Positions 27,091-37,100 of a DNA stretch of 64,000 nt are shown here, in pieces (position 1 is the first letter of the stretch; every line of letters starts with the position of its first letter). The DNA is from an archaeon (GTDB lineage Archaea; Nanobdellota; Nanobdellia; Woesearchaeales; UBA9642). A program made the position numbers and the translations under genes. The DNA lies in contig JAZDHK010000028.1 of assembly GCA_043806035.1 (NCBI GenBank), positions 1 to 64,000 of the forward strand. The letters are read 5' to 3'. The notes under the pieces were generated by a model that searched no databases, was not told where the DNA came from, and worked only from the letters and a program-made list of their open reading frames with translations.

Positions 27091-28731
27091 ATGATGACTG
27101 ACAAAAAAATTGGTCTGGAAACCATTGCTGACAAACTCGGCACGAACAATGTACGGACTTTCTTCAAGTATGCACGAAATAGGTATCTGGCAGCCCGCAA
27201 TCTCGAAAATCAACCAGAACATGATGCTCAATTGGAAACCAGTCTAACAGATGTCGCTACCGCTCTTGGCGAGAAGCCAGAAAATACGTGGGGTTCACAG
27301 AAATTCCAACTCGCCTACAGAGCAACAAGACCCGAGCACTTACGAATGCTTGGCATCAGCGAATCACAATGCAAGGAAGCTGAAGAAGCCACTGCTGCAG
27401 GCAGAGTCATGAGCCTATTACCCTACAACACCGTCATGAGAGAGACGACCATACGCAAGTATCTTCCATCAAAACCCGAGAAGTTCTCAGGGAATTGGCG
27501 CCATAGTATTGATCCCTATGGTCTTTTCAGGAAGATGGATAAAGTCGAGGCAATAGATAAAGAAGGAAAGAGCACCTATCTTGCAACGAGGAAATTCCCC
27601 TACGCCGTCCTCGCCAACATTACCGAAGCGTGCCATTTCGGCTGCGACGGCTGCTATAAGGGATCCATGGTGCGCACCGCACTTTCTGCGCTCGAGGGAA
27701 TCAGTCCAGAATATGCCAAACTCAAGAAACAATTAACGATAGAAGAGGAACGGGCCGTTGAACAAGCAAAACTGCTCACGCAATGGCTGAACAAACATCC
27801 AGAAGTGGACACCATCATCATGAGCGGCGGAGAGCCAACACTGTTCTCCAACCATTCCCTTGAAAGAATCATTGGCGAATACAAGAAGGCAGAGCACGTG
27901 AAGGCTGTTCGTCTCTGCACATCCTCCGTCTTCCAAGGTATGTGGTACAGAATGGACGACGGACTTGCCAAGATTATGCAGGATTTCGAGAAAGAGACGG
28001 GCAAACAGTTCTACGTCAACGCCCACGTCACCGATGAGTACCAGCTCTCTGCTCCCGAAGCAAAACTCGCAGTTGACAAGCTGAACAACGCAGGCATAAC
28101 CGTACACCTGCAACTGCCCCTTCAGGAAGGTATCAATTTCAGGAGAGACGACCTCGAATGGAGTGCAGAGAAGCTGAGCAACATATCCAAACAGGCTTAT
28201 GCTCTCGATGTCGTCCCGTACAAGATGATCGTGGATATGCACTCGCCGTCACATCCAGACGTCACAGTCCCGATTGAAACGGTCAGCAAAGTCATCAGTG
28301 ACTTCGATGAACACATGGAGCACTCGGACATGGAACGATGGCAGGCATATAACGTGTTGCACGAGCAAGGAAACCTGTATCTCTATCCGTTCCCACACTT
28401 CACCGCTGTCAAGGAAGTTGATCAGGAACGCGGGCGAGTAACGTATTTCATCCCCAAAAAGGATTCCGTGCACACGTACGAGGAGCCGCTCATTGCAGGC
28501 CAGAATGATGATCCTGACAGCCTCGCTCCCATCACGGACAAGAAGCTGCAGCAAAAGATTGCACAGGTCAGGTCTGCCTATCACACACTACGAGATAAGA
28601 TAAACATACTTGCCGAGAGTGGCAAGCCTTTCGAACAGCAGGCGAAGGAAATAGAGACGTTTGAGAAAGAGTACTATGCTCTGTCAGGCATAACCTATCC
28701 GAAGAACGAGCCACTTATGCTCACTCAATGA
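27091..28731 (+). CDS. KamA-family (lysine 2,3-aminomutase-like) radical SAM protein
   Basis: DPYG, TRKFPY..ITEACHFGCDGCYK, HPEVDTIIMSGGEP, VRLCT, LQLPLQEGIN, VVPY; GAGGTGA RBS. Confidence 0.8.
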   Translation: MMTDKKIGLETIADKLGTNNVRTFFKYARNRYLAARNLENQPEHDAQLETSLTDVATALGEKPENTWGSQKFQLAYRATRPEHLRMLGISESQCKEAEEATAAGRVMSLLPYNTVMRETTIRKYLPSKPEKFSGNWRHSIDPYGLFRKMDKVEAIDKEGKSTYLATRKFPYAVLANITEACHFGCDGCYKGSMVRTALSALEGISPEYAKLKKQLTIEEERAVEQAKLLTQWLNKHPEVDTIIMSGGEPTLFSNHSLERIIGEYKKAEHVKAVRLCTSSVFQGMWYRMDDGLAKIMQDFEKETGKQFYVNAHVTDEYQLSAPEAKLAVDKLNNAGITVHLQLPLQEGINFRRDDLEWSAEKLSNISKQAYALDVVPYKMIVDMHSPSHPDVTVPIETVSKVISDFDEHMEHSDMERWQAYNVLHEQGNLYLYPFPHFTAVKEVDQERGRVTYFIPKKDSVHTYEEPLIAGQNDDPDSLAPITDKKLQQKIAQVRSAYHTLRDKINILAESGKPFEQQAKEIETFEKEYYALSGITYPKNEPLMLTQ

Positions 28732-28769
28732 TTTTCTTTTTTTTATGCAAAAAGAATAATAAGGAAAAG

Positions 28770-29762
28770 TCAAACATTTCTTCCTATGACCACGGTGTCA
28801 TATTGTATGTTAATGGCAGCCGTGCTTTTTCGCCCATACCAAAACGTACTCACTAGAACGTCACCACTTTTGTTAGAATTTATACTAACTCCCGATAAGT
28901 ATAGATTATCAACAGCACGTTTTTCTAATCCCCACCGAACAAGACGAGACAATGGTTTTGTTGGTGCAGCAACAAAAATACCCCCTCCCGAGTCGTATTT
29001 TGTACCACGTGCCTCGTTACCAATTATTCGCGTATCAACCAGAGTATACTGAGCACCAGTATTTTCTGGTTGCAGGAATACTCCTCCACCAAGCCCTGCC
29101 TTATTCGAGGTTATGATGACCGTATTGAACGTCACAAAACGGGAAGTGGTAAGATAACAACCGCCGCCAGTTCTTGCAACATTGTTCTGTAACAAAACTC
29201 TCGTCAAACATACCTTGCCACAATCATAAACATAAAGCCCACCGCCATAATTTGCTTTGTTGTATTCCAACGTAGAGTCCTCAATAAGAATGTCATCAAC
29301 AGACTCTACAGAAATACCTCCTCCATTCGAAGACTCACCTGCACGGATAGTACACCACGAGAAACGTGACGTGTTTGCACCAGCACCTTTCAAGCGAACA
29401 TTTGCCCAGCGTTTTCCTTCTATGATGACTGGTTTTTCCATTGTTCCCGATGCATTCAAGACACCCTCCGAATAAATCCCCACATCCTTCTCGAAGAATA
29501 ACTTGACACCAGGGCTTAGTTCAAGACGTCCTCCTGGACAAATAATCAGATAATTAGTAAGCACGTATTCCCCTTCTGGAATATAGACCAGATCCCTTAT
29601 CGGAAGTTGAAGTAGTTCTTTCGCTTGTTGATAATCAGGAGTTAGTCTCTGCACGTGTTTCGCTTGCATACACCTGTCATGTATCGCCTTCAAAACAAGT
29701 TGTTCCAGTTCTCCTTCTTTCATATCATTGAGTAATGGACCTAAATTTAAAAAGTTTACCAC
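28770..29762 (-). CDS. Right-handed parallel beta-helix repeat protein
   Basis: LELSPGVKLFF..LNASGTMEKPVI and repeated N.A..GGG(I/L/V)x motifs. Confidence 0.75.
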   Translation of the reverse strand: MVNFLNLGPLLNDMKEGELEQLVLKAIHDRCMQAKHVQRLTPDYQQAKELLQLPIRDLVYIPEGEYVLTNYLIICPGGRLELSPGVKLFFEKDVGIYSEGVLNASGTMEKPVIIEGKRWANVRLKGAGANTSRFSWCTIRAGESSNGGGISVESVDDILIEDSTLEYNKANYGGGLYVYDCGKVCLTRVLLQNNVARTGGGCYLTTSRFVTFNTVIITSNKAGLGGGVFLQPENTGAQYTLVDTRIIGNEARGTKYDSGGGIFVAAPTKPLSRLVRWGLEKRAVDNLYLSGVSINSNKSGDVLVSTFWYGRKSTAAINIQYDTVVIGRNV

Positions 29763-29771
29763 TGAAAAGTA

Positions 29772-30866
29772 TTAATTTAAGTGCAATTCCAGCACGTCCT
29801 CATCCTTCAGCACGTGATGCAATGCCAGCTTCTGGCCATCGAACTTTGCAGATTTCCCCCATATCCTGCAGAACTTGAACTTCTTGACAAAATCCCTATG
29901 CAGCTTATTACAAACGTCCTCCACCTTCCATCCTTTGAACGCGATGAGCGGAATATTCATGTCCGCAGGCTTTCCTGGCTCTTTCATGTAGATGCGGATG
30001 ATGTTCAAACGCTCAAAGATGAGCCTCTTGAGCTCTTCCATATGCTCTTTCTGCTCTGCAGAGACTATGAGGTCTGGATGGTAGCGGCGCTGCAAGCTCT
30101 TCAGGTTATCAGGTGAGAGCAAGTCTGCCTTGTTCATCACAAAAATGGCAGGCATGTATTTCTTGTTGTCTTCAATGCAGTCGATGAGCTGATCATCGGA
30201 AATGTCCTCTCTGATGACGACGTCTGCATTGTTTATTCTGAATTCTTTGAACATGTCCGTTATGGTTTGCTTGTCCAGCTTCGTCAGCTTCACTGTAGTA
30301 CCCACACGGATGCCGTTCTTTCCTGTTTTCTTGATGCGCACGTCTGGCCGTTTCTGATTGAAGCGGATGCCCACATCGAACGCTTCCTTCACCAAGTACT
30401 CATGCTGTTCTGGCTTGCGGACGTCAACAAGAAGAATGGCCATGTCCGCATTGCGCATGCATGCCAGGACTTCCTTGCCCCTGCCTCTTCCAGAAGCTGC
30501 TCCCCTGACAATGCCTGGCACGTCGAGGATCTGGATCTTGGCATGACTGTAATCAAGCACTCCAGGAATAACCGTTAACGTGGTGAATTCATACGCCCCC
30601 ACAGGACTGTGCGCGTCCGTTATGGCGTTGAGCAATGTTGATTTTCCGACGCTGGGAAAGCCGAGAAGGATAACCGTGCCATCGCCCGTCTTCCTCACTT
30701 GATAGCCTTCCCCTCCCTTTCCTGAACTTGAGCGGGCTTCCTGCTTTTCCCTCAATTTTGCAATCTGCGCCTTATACAGGCCTATGGCATGCTGCGTGCT
30801 CTTGTTGTACTTCGTCGAGCTTATCCGTTTCTCGAGCTCAGCAATCTGCTCGTCGTACGCGACCAC
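29772..30866 (-). CDS. drg: DRG/Rbg1 family OBG GTPase with TGS domain
   Basis: GFPSVGKST, YEFTT, DVPGIVRGAASGRGRG, NKAD, IWGKSAKFDGQ. Confidence 0.95.
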   Translation of the reverse strand: MVAYDEQIAELEKRISSTKYNKSTQHAIGLYKAQIAKLREKQEARSSSGKGGEGYQVRKTGDGTVILLGFPSVGKSTLLNAITDAHSPVGAYEFTTLTVIPGVLDYSHAKIQILDVPGIVRGAASGRGRGKEVLACMRNADMAILLVDVRKPEQHEYLVKEAFDVGIRFNQKRPDVRIKKTGKNGIRVGTTVKLTKLDKQTITDMFKEFRINNADVVIREDISDDQLIDCIEDNKKYMPAIFVMNKADLLSPDNLKSLQRRYHPDLIVSAEQKEHMEELKRLIFERLNIIRIYMKEPGKPADMNIPLIAFKGWKVEDVCNKLHRDFVKKFKFCRIWGKSAKFDGQKLALHHVLKDEDVLELHLN

Positions 30867-31089
30867 GGTCCATTGGCTAGAAGCAGTCCTTTAATAATAT
30901 TCTGTTCGGGAAGGGAAACAGTTTCATACACATCTTAATACACACAAGTGTGTATGAAATTCACGTTCATCAGGAAATACACGTTGCAGAATTATGCCAT
31001 GAGCAAGAAAGTGGAACAAGCTATGCTGGAGCAGATGGAGAGAAAGAAGGTAGAGTAAACTTCTTAAAATAAATGGCATTCTTACCACC

Positions 31090-31881
31090 ATGACCTTAAT
31101 TGACGTCATCGAAGAGCAGGAATCATTGCAGACAACAACCAACAGGTGCAGGACCCTTGAGGAGTATGGCTTCAGCTTTCTCCAAATAGGCATGACGACA
31201 AAGGACAGGAGCTGGGGAAGGATGGGCATGAGGAAACTCATCAAAGACAAGCTTGAGCAGAAGAAAAGAATTGTTTGGCTTGACCTCGGTTGCGGTAATG
31301 GTATCGCCTTGCGCATGGGCAAGAAGTATGCAGAAGAGCTTAACAGAAAGGATGATCTGCTCACTATCGGCGTTGACACCCTGCCTCCTGACGAGGAAGA
31401 AGTTGCCTATCACGTCAAGAAATGGCACAGGTCCTTCCCAACATACGTGCTTGACGAGGCGTACAAGCCGACGTTTTTGCAGGCAGACATTGCAACTGTC
31501 TCCTTTTCTGAATTGCAGGCAGAACCTCCAGACATCATTACGTGCGAGAGCGTGCTGTTCTGGACACAAGACCCCTTGCTTGTCTTTGCAAACGCAGCCC
31601 AACAGGTCCAAATTAGGGGAACGCTCTGTATTAGCCAACTCACCTGCATGCACTACACAAAAAATCCTGAAAGCATCTTCTATGACCGTGATCTCATCAC
31701 AGAAGCAAGCAGATACACGAACGGAATCCTTCCCGGTTTCACACACCACATTCCGCTCACTGATACTGCAGTCCTCACCAAAACTGCTGAAAAGGATTTC
31801 ACGTATGGTTTTGAACTCGTTTCGAGAAAAAAGACGAGAATGGGACCGTTCGATTATCTCTATGTGAAAAAAAACATCTAA
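31090..31881 (+). CDS. Class I SAM-dependent methyltransferase
   Basis: WLDLGCGNG, IGVD, QADI, PDIITCESVL. Confidence 0.75.
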   Translation: MTLIDVIEEQESLQTTTNRCRTLEEYGFSFLQIGMTTKDRSWGRMGMRKLIKDKLEQKKRIVWLDLGCGNGIALRMGKKYAEELNRKDDLLTIGVDTLPPDEEEVAYHVKKWHRSFPTYVLDEAYKPTFLQADIATVSFSELQAEPPDIITCESVLFWTQDPLLVFANAAQQVQIRGTLCISQLTCMHYTKNPESIFYDRDLITEASRYTNGILPGFTHHIPLTDTAVLTKTAEKDFTYGFELVSRKKTRMGPFDYLYVKKNI

Positions 31882-31887
31882 TTTAGG

Positions 31888-34191
31888 CTAAATGAGTCGT
31901 GGCCTTACCAAGTGCTGCTTCCCCTTCTGATAGTCTTCCAATGCCTTGTACCTTTCCAGCTCGTCCCAATTATGGGGCAAGGGCATTTCGAGAACGTACA
32001 CGTCAAGGCTGTAGTTGCCGTACACATCGCCTTGGTTCAGGGTGAAATTAACGAGTGCACCGCCAGAGAGCCATGTCGAAAAGTTCTGTGCAGGATACGT
32101 TATTGTCTTCGTTGATCCTATGCAGATGCCTGCGTCAAGGCCTGCACAGATGGTTTTTGTCTTTTCAGGAATGGCTAAAGGAGGGTTGCCTGACCAGAGC
32201 AAGTATGCAGTAAGCTCATACCTTCCCGGGACAAGCTCTGTCTTCTCAAGCGATTGTGTCGTTGTCGCCTGGACGTTCTGGACATACTCATCGTACGTGC
32301 TCTGATTGATTATTTCCTGCTCAAGGCCGAAATCAAGGTTTGGGGGCATGAGCACTGCTGATTCGTTGCCTTTGAAGAGCAAGACTGCAGTCAGTGGAAT
32401 GTCATCCTCATATTCTGATTCTTTTATCCTGTGCATGGTAAGCATGACTGTATCATTCGCTGAAAGGTTAGTTGCTTCTGTTCCGTACAATGCAATTGCT
32501 CCTGGGCCGTGCGTGAGTATAGCCATGACGTTTTGCGGCGTTCGCTTCAGGACAGAGACGTCCTTCTCTGCAATAGGCCACAATTCAAGCGTGGACGATG
32601 CTGGATCTCGACCCTCCCTATTGTTGAACGCTATGCCTGTGCTAAGGTAGCCTTGCTTCCGTGCAAGGATTGCCCCTCCGAACTGGCAGAAAGGGAATTT
32701 TTGAGCAAGAACTGCGTCTTTGCCGTCGAATTCAGTCTCTCCTATAATGAATTCTGGACCGCAGCTGTAGCTTATTGCCACGCCAGAAAGTTGTTGTCTC
32801 GTGTACTTGTCGAGTGTTTTTACCGTTATGATTCGTTCTGGGCGTTGCACGTCAGAAGCCGTGTCCATGCCCGAAGGCATCCTTTGCGTAAAGGTTGTCT
32901 GGTTTATTGTCAATGGCACGTTGTTGCGTATGATGCTCTGCATAGCAAAACTGAAGGAGTAGCCTGCTCCTTTGAATGCGTTCTTGTCCTGGATGGTTAT
33001 GAGCAAGGGAACGGTCATGTCATACTTGAACCTGTAGTCGTTGAGGAAGAATCCCATAAGGCGCATGGGCAGGTTGTCACCTGTGTCCATCTGCTGTGGT
33101 TGGATGAGCTGGCTTTCGTCATCACCCGTCCTTATCCTGAGGTAGATGTCGCTGAATGGATACGTGACTTTTGCCGAGAGGTCATAATAGGCGTTTGACG
33201 TCTTGAATTCTAAGCTCTTGTAGATGCCTTCATTGTAGATGCCGTAATTCGAGTCATCAATAATCGCAAGAGGCCTGTAGCCTTCCGTATTGATGAATTG
33301 CACGATGTTGAGGTAAGGCAGGACATCGTACATGAGCTTGTCCTTCACTGCATTGAGCACCCATACCGTCCTTCCCGCAGTAAAGAGCTGCACTTGAGAC
33401 GTTGGAGGCAATAAGTCGGCATCTATGCCGCTATAAATGGCGAGCAGATCAAGAATCACCCTATCAAATAGGTTGTAGTCCTTTTGTGCAGCATAAATCT
33501 CCTTTGAGAGTTTGAAGATATTAACCAGATCGACGTCCTGACTTGAAAGGAAGTATGGAATAGTCTCCTCCTGCTGCGTGCTTCTGCTCGTGATGTGCAA
33601 AGGATACGTGAGTATTGCGGATACTCCTGATTGTGAGATAAACACCTGCGTTGAAGGCTGCGCAAGTTCTGTCACGTCAACCGTCTCAAACTGCAGATCA
33701 AGGCATCTGTCCTTGATGTTCTCGCTGATGAACTGCTCGAGCTGCTCCTGCAAAGAGCCAGGACCTGACTCGTCACGTAGCGGGCAGTCTACAGTCTTGC
33801 ACAGGAATGGTTTATTTGAACTTAGGCAGCCGCTTGGATTCTGGCAGGAGCTGTCGAGATAATACCAGTAGGGAATGCTCTGTGGAGGGAAGAGCAAAAC
33901 TTCTGACTCGTAAGGAATGGGGCTCTGCCTGAAATTGTTCGTTATGTACCCTCCGTTCATCCCTGCCTTTGTCAGCCCTTCTTTGATGAGTTCGCCCAGA
34001 CAGGCTTCCACGTGGTTCTGCACGGGCCGTGCCTGTTCCGAGACTGCTGGGCTTTTGAGTGGCGGCTTGTTCTGCTGCGTCTCCCGAATGACAACGACTG
34101 CTATGACGACGATGAAGAGGAGCACGATGCCTATGATGACGAATATGGTCACTTGACCTTTCCTATTCGTGCTTTGGTCCTTACAGTTCAT
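31888..34191 (-). CDS. Large pilin-like surface protein (class III signal)
   Basis: RKG|QVTIFVIIGIVLLFI, V..HVEACL, IPYWYY. Confidence 0.75.
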   Translation of the reverse strand: MNCKDQSTNRKGQVTIFVIIGIVLLFIVVIAVVVIRETQQNKPPLKSPAVSEQARPVQNHVEACLGELIKEGLTKAGMNGGYITNNFRQSPIPYESEVLLFPPQSIPYWYYLDSSCQNPSGCLSSNKPFLCKTVDCPLRDESGPGSLQEQLEQFISENIKDRCLDLQFETVDVTELAQPSTQVFISQSGVSAILTYPLHITSRSTQQEETIPYFLSSQDVDLVNIFKLSKEIYAAQKDYNLFDRVILDLLAIYSGIDADLLPPTSQVQLFTAGRTVWVLNAVKDKLMYDVLPYLNIVQFINTEGYRPLAIIDDSNYGIYNEGIYKSLEFKTSNAYYDLSAKVTYPFSDIYLRIRTGDDESQLIQPQQMDTGDNLPMRLMGFFLNDYRFKYDMTVPLLITIQDKNAFKGAGYSFSFAMQSIIRNNVPLTINQTTFTQRMPSGMDTASDVQRPERIITVKTLDKYTRQQLSGVAISYSCGPEFIIGETEFDGKDAVLAQKFPFCQFGGAILARKQGYLSTGIAFNNREGRDPASSTLELWPIAEKDVSVLKRTPQNVMAILTHGPGAIALYGTEATNLSANDTVMLTMHRIKESEYEDDIPLTAVLLFKGNESAVLMPPNLDFGLEQEIINQSTYDEYVQNVQATTTQSLEKTELVPGRYELTAYLLWSGNPPLAIPEKTKTICAGLDAGICIGSTKTITYPAQNFSTWLSGGALVNFTLNQGDVYGNYSLDVYVLEMPLPHNWDELERYKALEDYQKGKQHLVRPRLI

Positions 34192-34199
34192 GTTGTTCC

Positions 34200-37100
34200 T
34201 CAAATGTCTGGGTTGCGCTGCTCTCCAGGCCCTCCGTCTGGGCCTGCATAGTTCTGCTCTTCAGGCACAGGGCTTCCTGTGCTGAGCACGTTCTCACGGA
34301 TGGGCCTGCAGTACTCTCTTTCCTGGTAGAGGTCTGAAGGAGGGAATGGTTCCTGGAAGACGATGCACAACTGGTCGTACGCATAGCTGCTTACTGTGCT
34401 GAAGGAAACGCTTGCCGTCTCTCCAAAGGGCAGTGATGACCATTCCCTCACGTCTATATTCACCCTTCGCTGGCCGCGCAGCTCAATCCGGTAATTGACA
34501 GGTCTTTGTCTTGGAAGGTCAGGGTCTTGCAGGACTGGGCCGAGATACACGATGATGGTGTAGATGGAGCTTGCCGGCTGATTGTTTTCTGTGTAGTTGT
34601 ACGGGATTTTCTCTCCTGCATAGCTGAGGACGAGGCTGCACCTATCCTTGCACGAATACACCGCTCCTTCCTTGCCCGCATTGATGTTGTTCGCATTTGG
34701 ATTGCATAAGGAGTTCTTCCACTCGTCAGGATCAGTATATCCCAAAAATTTCGTTCCTGCAGTGAATCCCCACTGGTCGAACCAGTATTCTGAGCTGAGG
34801 AATTTGTCCAAGTGGAATTGCTCAAGCGCAAATTTCGTAAGTATGGATATGGCGTCTGCGACTTCTTGCATACGGGTGATGCGCCTGCGTTGTTCTAATT
34901 GCTTCTTCACACCGAGTGCATACTGGTTAACATATGTTTTTGCAGCGTCACCACCTTGCTCAAGCACTGCTTTCATGTCGGCTTCGCTCATCGATCCACG
35001 CCAGTTCGGATTGCCCATTGCTGCATAGTACTGGTTCATGTCGTTATAGAGTTGGTCAGCGAGCGCATCTGTCCTGTCTGCATTGTTCCTTCTCGCGACA
35101 GAATCAGGTTCTTCGTGACTGCGAACTCCTGTTGTGCTCAAATACTCATCTAATGACTGCTGATAATTGTACAGTACTTGTGTTGTGAGGACTCCTGGAG
35201 CGCTGTAGGTCCTATCCGTAGGCAAGGCAGAATCCTCAGCAGAGACCCAGTTTCCATTCTGCATCCTCCACACTTTTCCTCCTGCTCTGATGAGTGATCC
35301 TTCTGGAGGGATAGCATCATTTCCTAATTGCTGGTTCCACTCTTTCCAGGCATCAGTGGTCGTAGGATTCGTTCCCTGTTCTCTTCGCTGGATTCCCTGA
35401 TTGGGAGGGCCAACCGTTCCTTTTGCACTGTCAAAACTCACATCAAGACTGCCAGGTTTGTAGTCTTCATCTCCTGGCACGCTATCAGTTGATGTCATCT
35501 TGCCTTCCTCGTTTAGGGGAGATGTTATCTGTCTGCCCTCATCCTTGTTCTGCGGGTCTGTATTGTACGCATCGATGAAACCAAGCAGGTTCTGCTGGGC
35601 CATATTCATTTGTCTTCTGTAACTGTCATCTTGGGCGCCAGTCTCCGGGTTTCTCGGCAGGCCATAACTTGTCGTATACTTCCGCACTTCCCTATACAAA
35701 TTAGCATAGCTGCCTTCGCTCCTCTGCACTACCGCCTCAATTCCTCCGATGTTCGGCAGCTCAAAGCCGAAGAGGCTATTGCCTTGCGCGTGACATTGCG
35801 GGCCTACGCAGTTAGCAATGGCGCAGTAGTTTGGAAGGCTGCTGTAGTAGAAATTCCTGTTTATGGTGCTTCTCTTCTGGAAGTCCACTGCCTCATAGAT
35901 TGCCCGGGGAAGCTGGCAGAGGTAGAATTTCGTTTCGTGCTCTGCGTTTGCTATGAGGTTGGCCTCGCTCACCGCAGTGTTCTTGCAGACGGAATTATCA
36001 AGCACTTTCCATAAGGAAACAGGCCCTATGTTCCTGATGAGCTCGTTGAAGTTCGTGAAGAGATTCTTCCCTATCCTGACGAATGGCAGCTCGTAGACTT
36101 CTCCGATGATGAACTGGCACTGCTTTGTGCTGTGCAGTTCCTCGCAATAGCTCACGTCAAGTCCACGATAGCTGTACTCTTTGAGGCATTGGATGTATTC
36201 GCAATTTTCCTGCCTGAACTTGTTGAGGTTGTACATGACTGCTGGCACGCAAAACCTCAATATGGACATGACGAGGCTGTTGTGCAGGTCGCTCGTTCCC
36301 AGATTCTCTGCCAAATCCCCAAACTTAAGCGTGCCTCCAAGACCTCCGCCTGTCTGATAGCCTTCCACTTCCTTAATGACGCTCTGGTCGAGGTTCTTTA
36401 CAGGGCTGTACTGGTCGAAGAGCTTGCAGCTCATGGCATCGCACATCTGTCCAACGAAGGGAACAGCGTTTTCCATTTTATAGCCCATGACGTTCTCGGT
36501 TATTTTTTGTACGGCACCAACGACAGCCGCTCCACTCCTCGAGGGGGCCGTGCCTGCAGGAGGGGCTAGCTTGTTGATGCCATCACCCGTCACTTTCAGC
36601 ACAACGCCTACCTGCTGTGCGTAGTTGAGGTATGCATCGACTTGGCATATTTGCTGCAAAGTAGAAGCCCACTTGTCCACCGTGTCCAGCCACTTCATGT
36701 GATTCCACGTACTTGCCTCGGCATGCTTGATCTTCTCAACAAACTGCTCTCCTGGCGTCCCTATGCTGCTTTCCCTGAAATGCAAGGGGAATCTGAGCGT
36801 GAGAATCTGCGGTTTCTCATAGTAGATGTTGTCCTTCCTGCCGTACACGCTGATGTTGCATATGGCAATGAGTGTGTCCGGCAGGGCATTCGCTGCGCCG
36901 TACACGATGTATGCGTTGAGCCTGTTCCTCTCATTAAGGCCGAGCTCCTCATCCTGGACGGATACTGTAAGAATGTCATAATCTGCAAATTGCCCATCTA
37001 TCTGGTAGATGCAGCCGCCCATTTTTGTGTGGACGAGCACAGCCGTCGGCTCAGTGGAACTCACTCTGTAGGGGATGAATGTAGGATACTCAAGGCCTTG

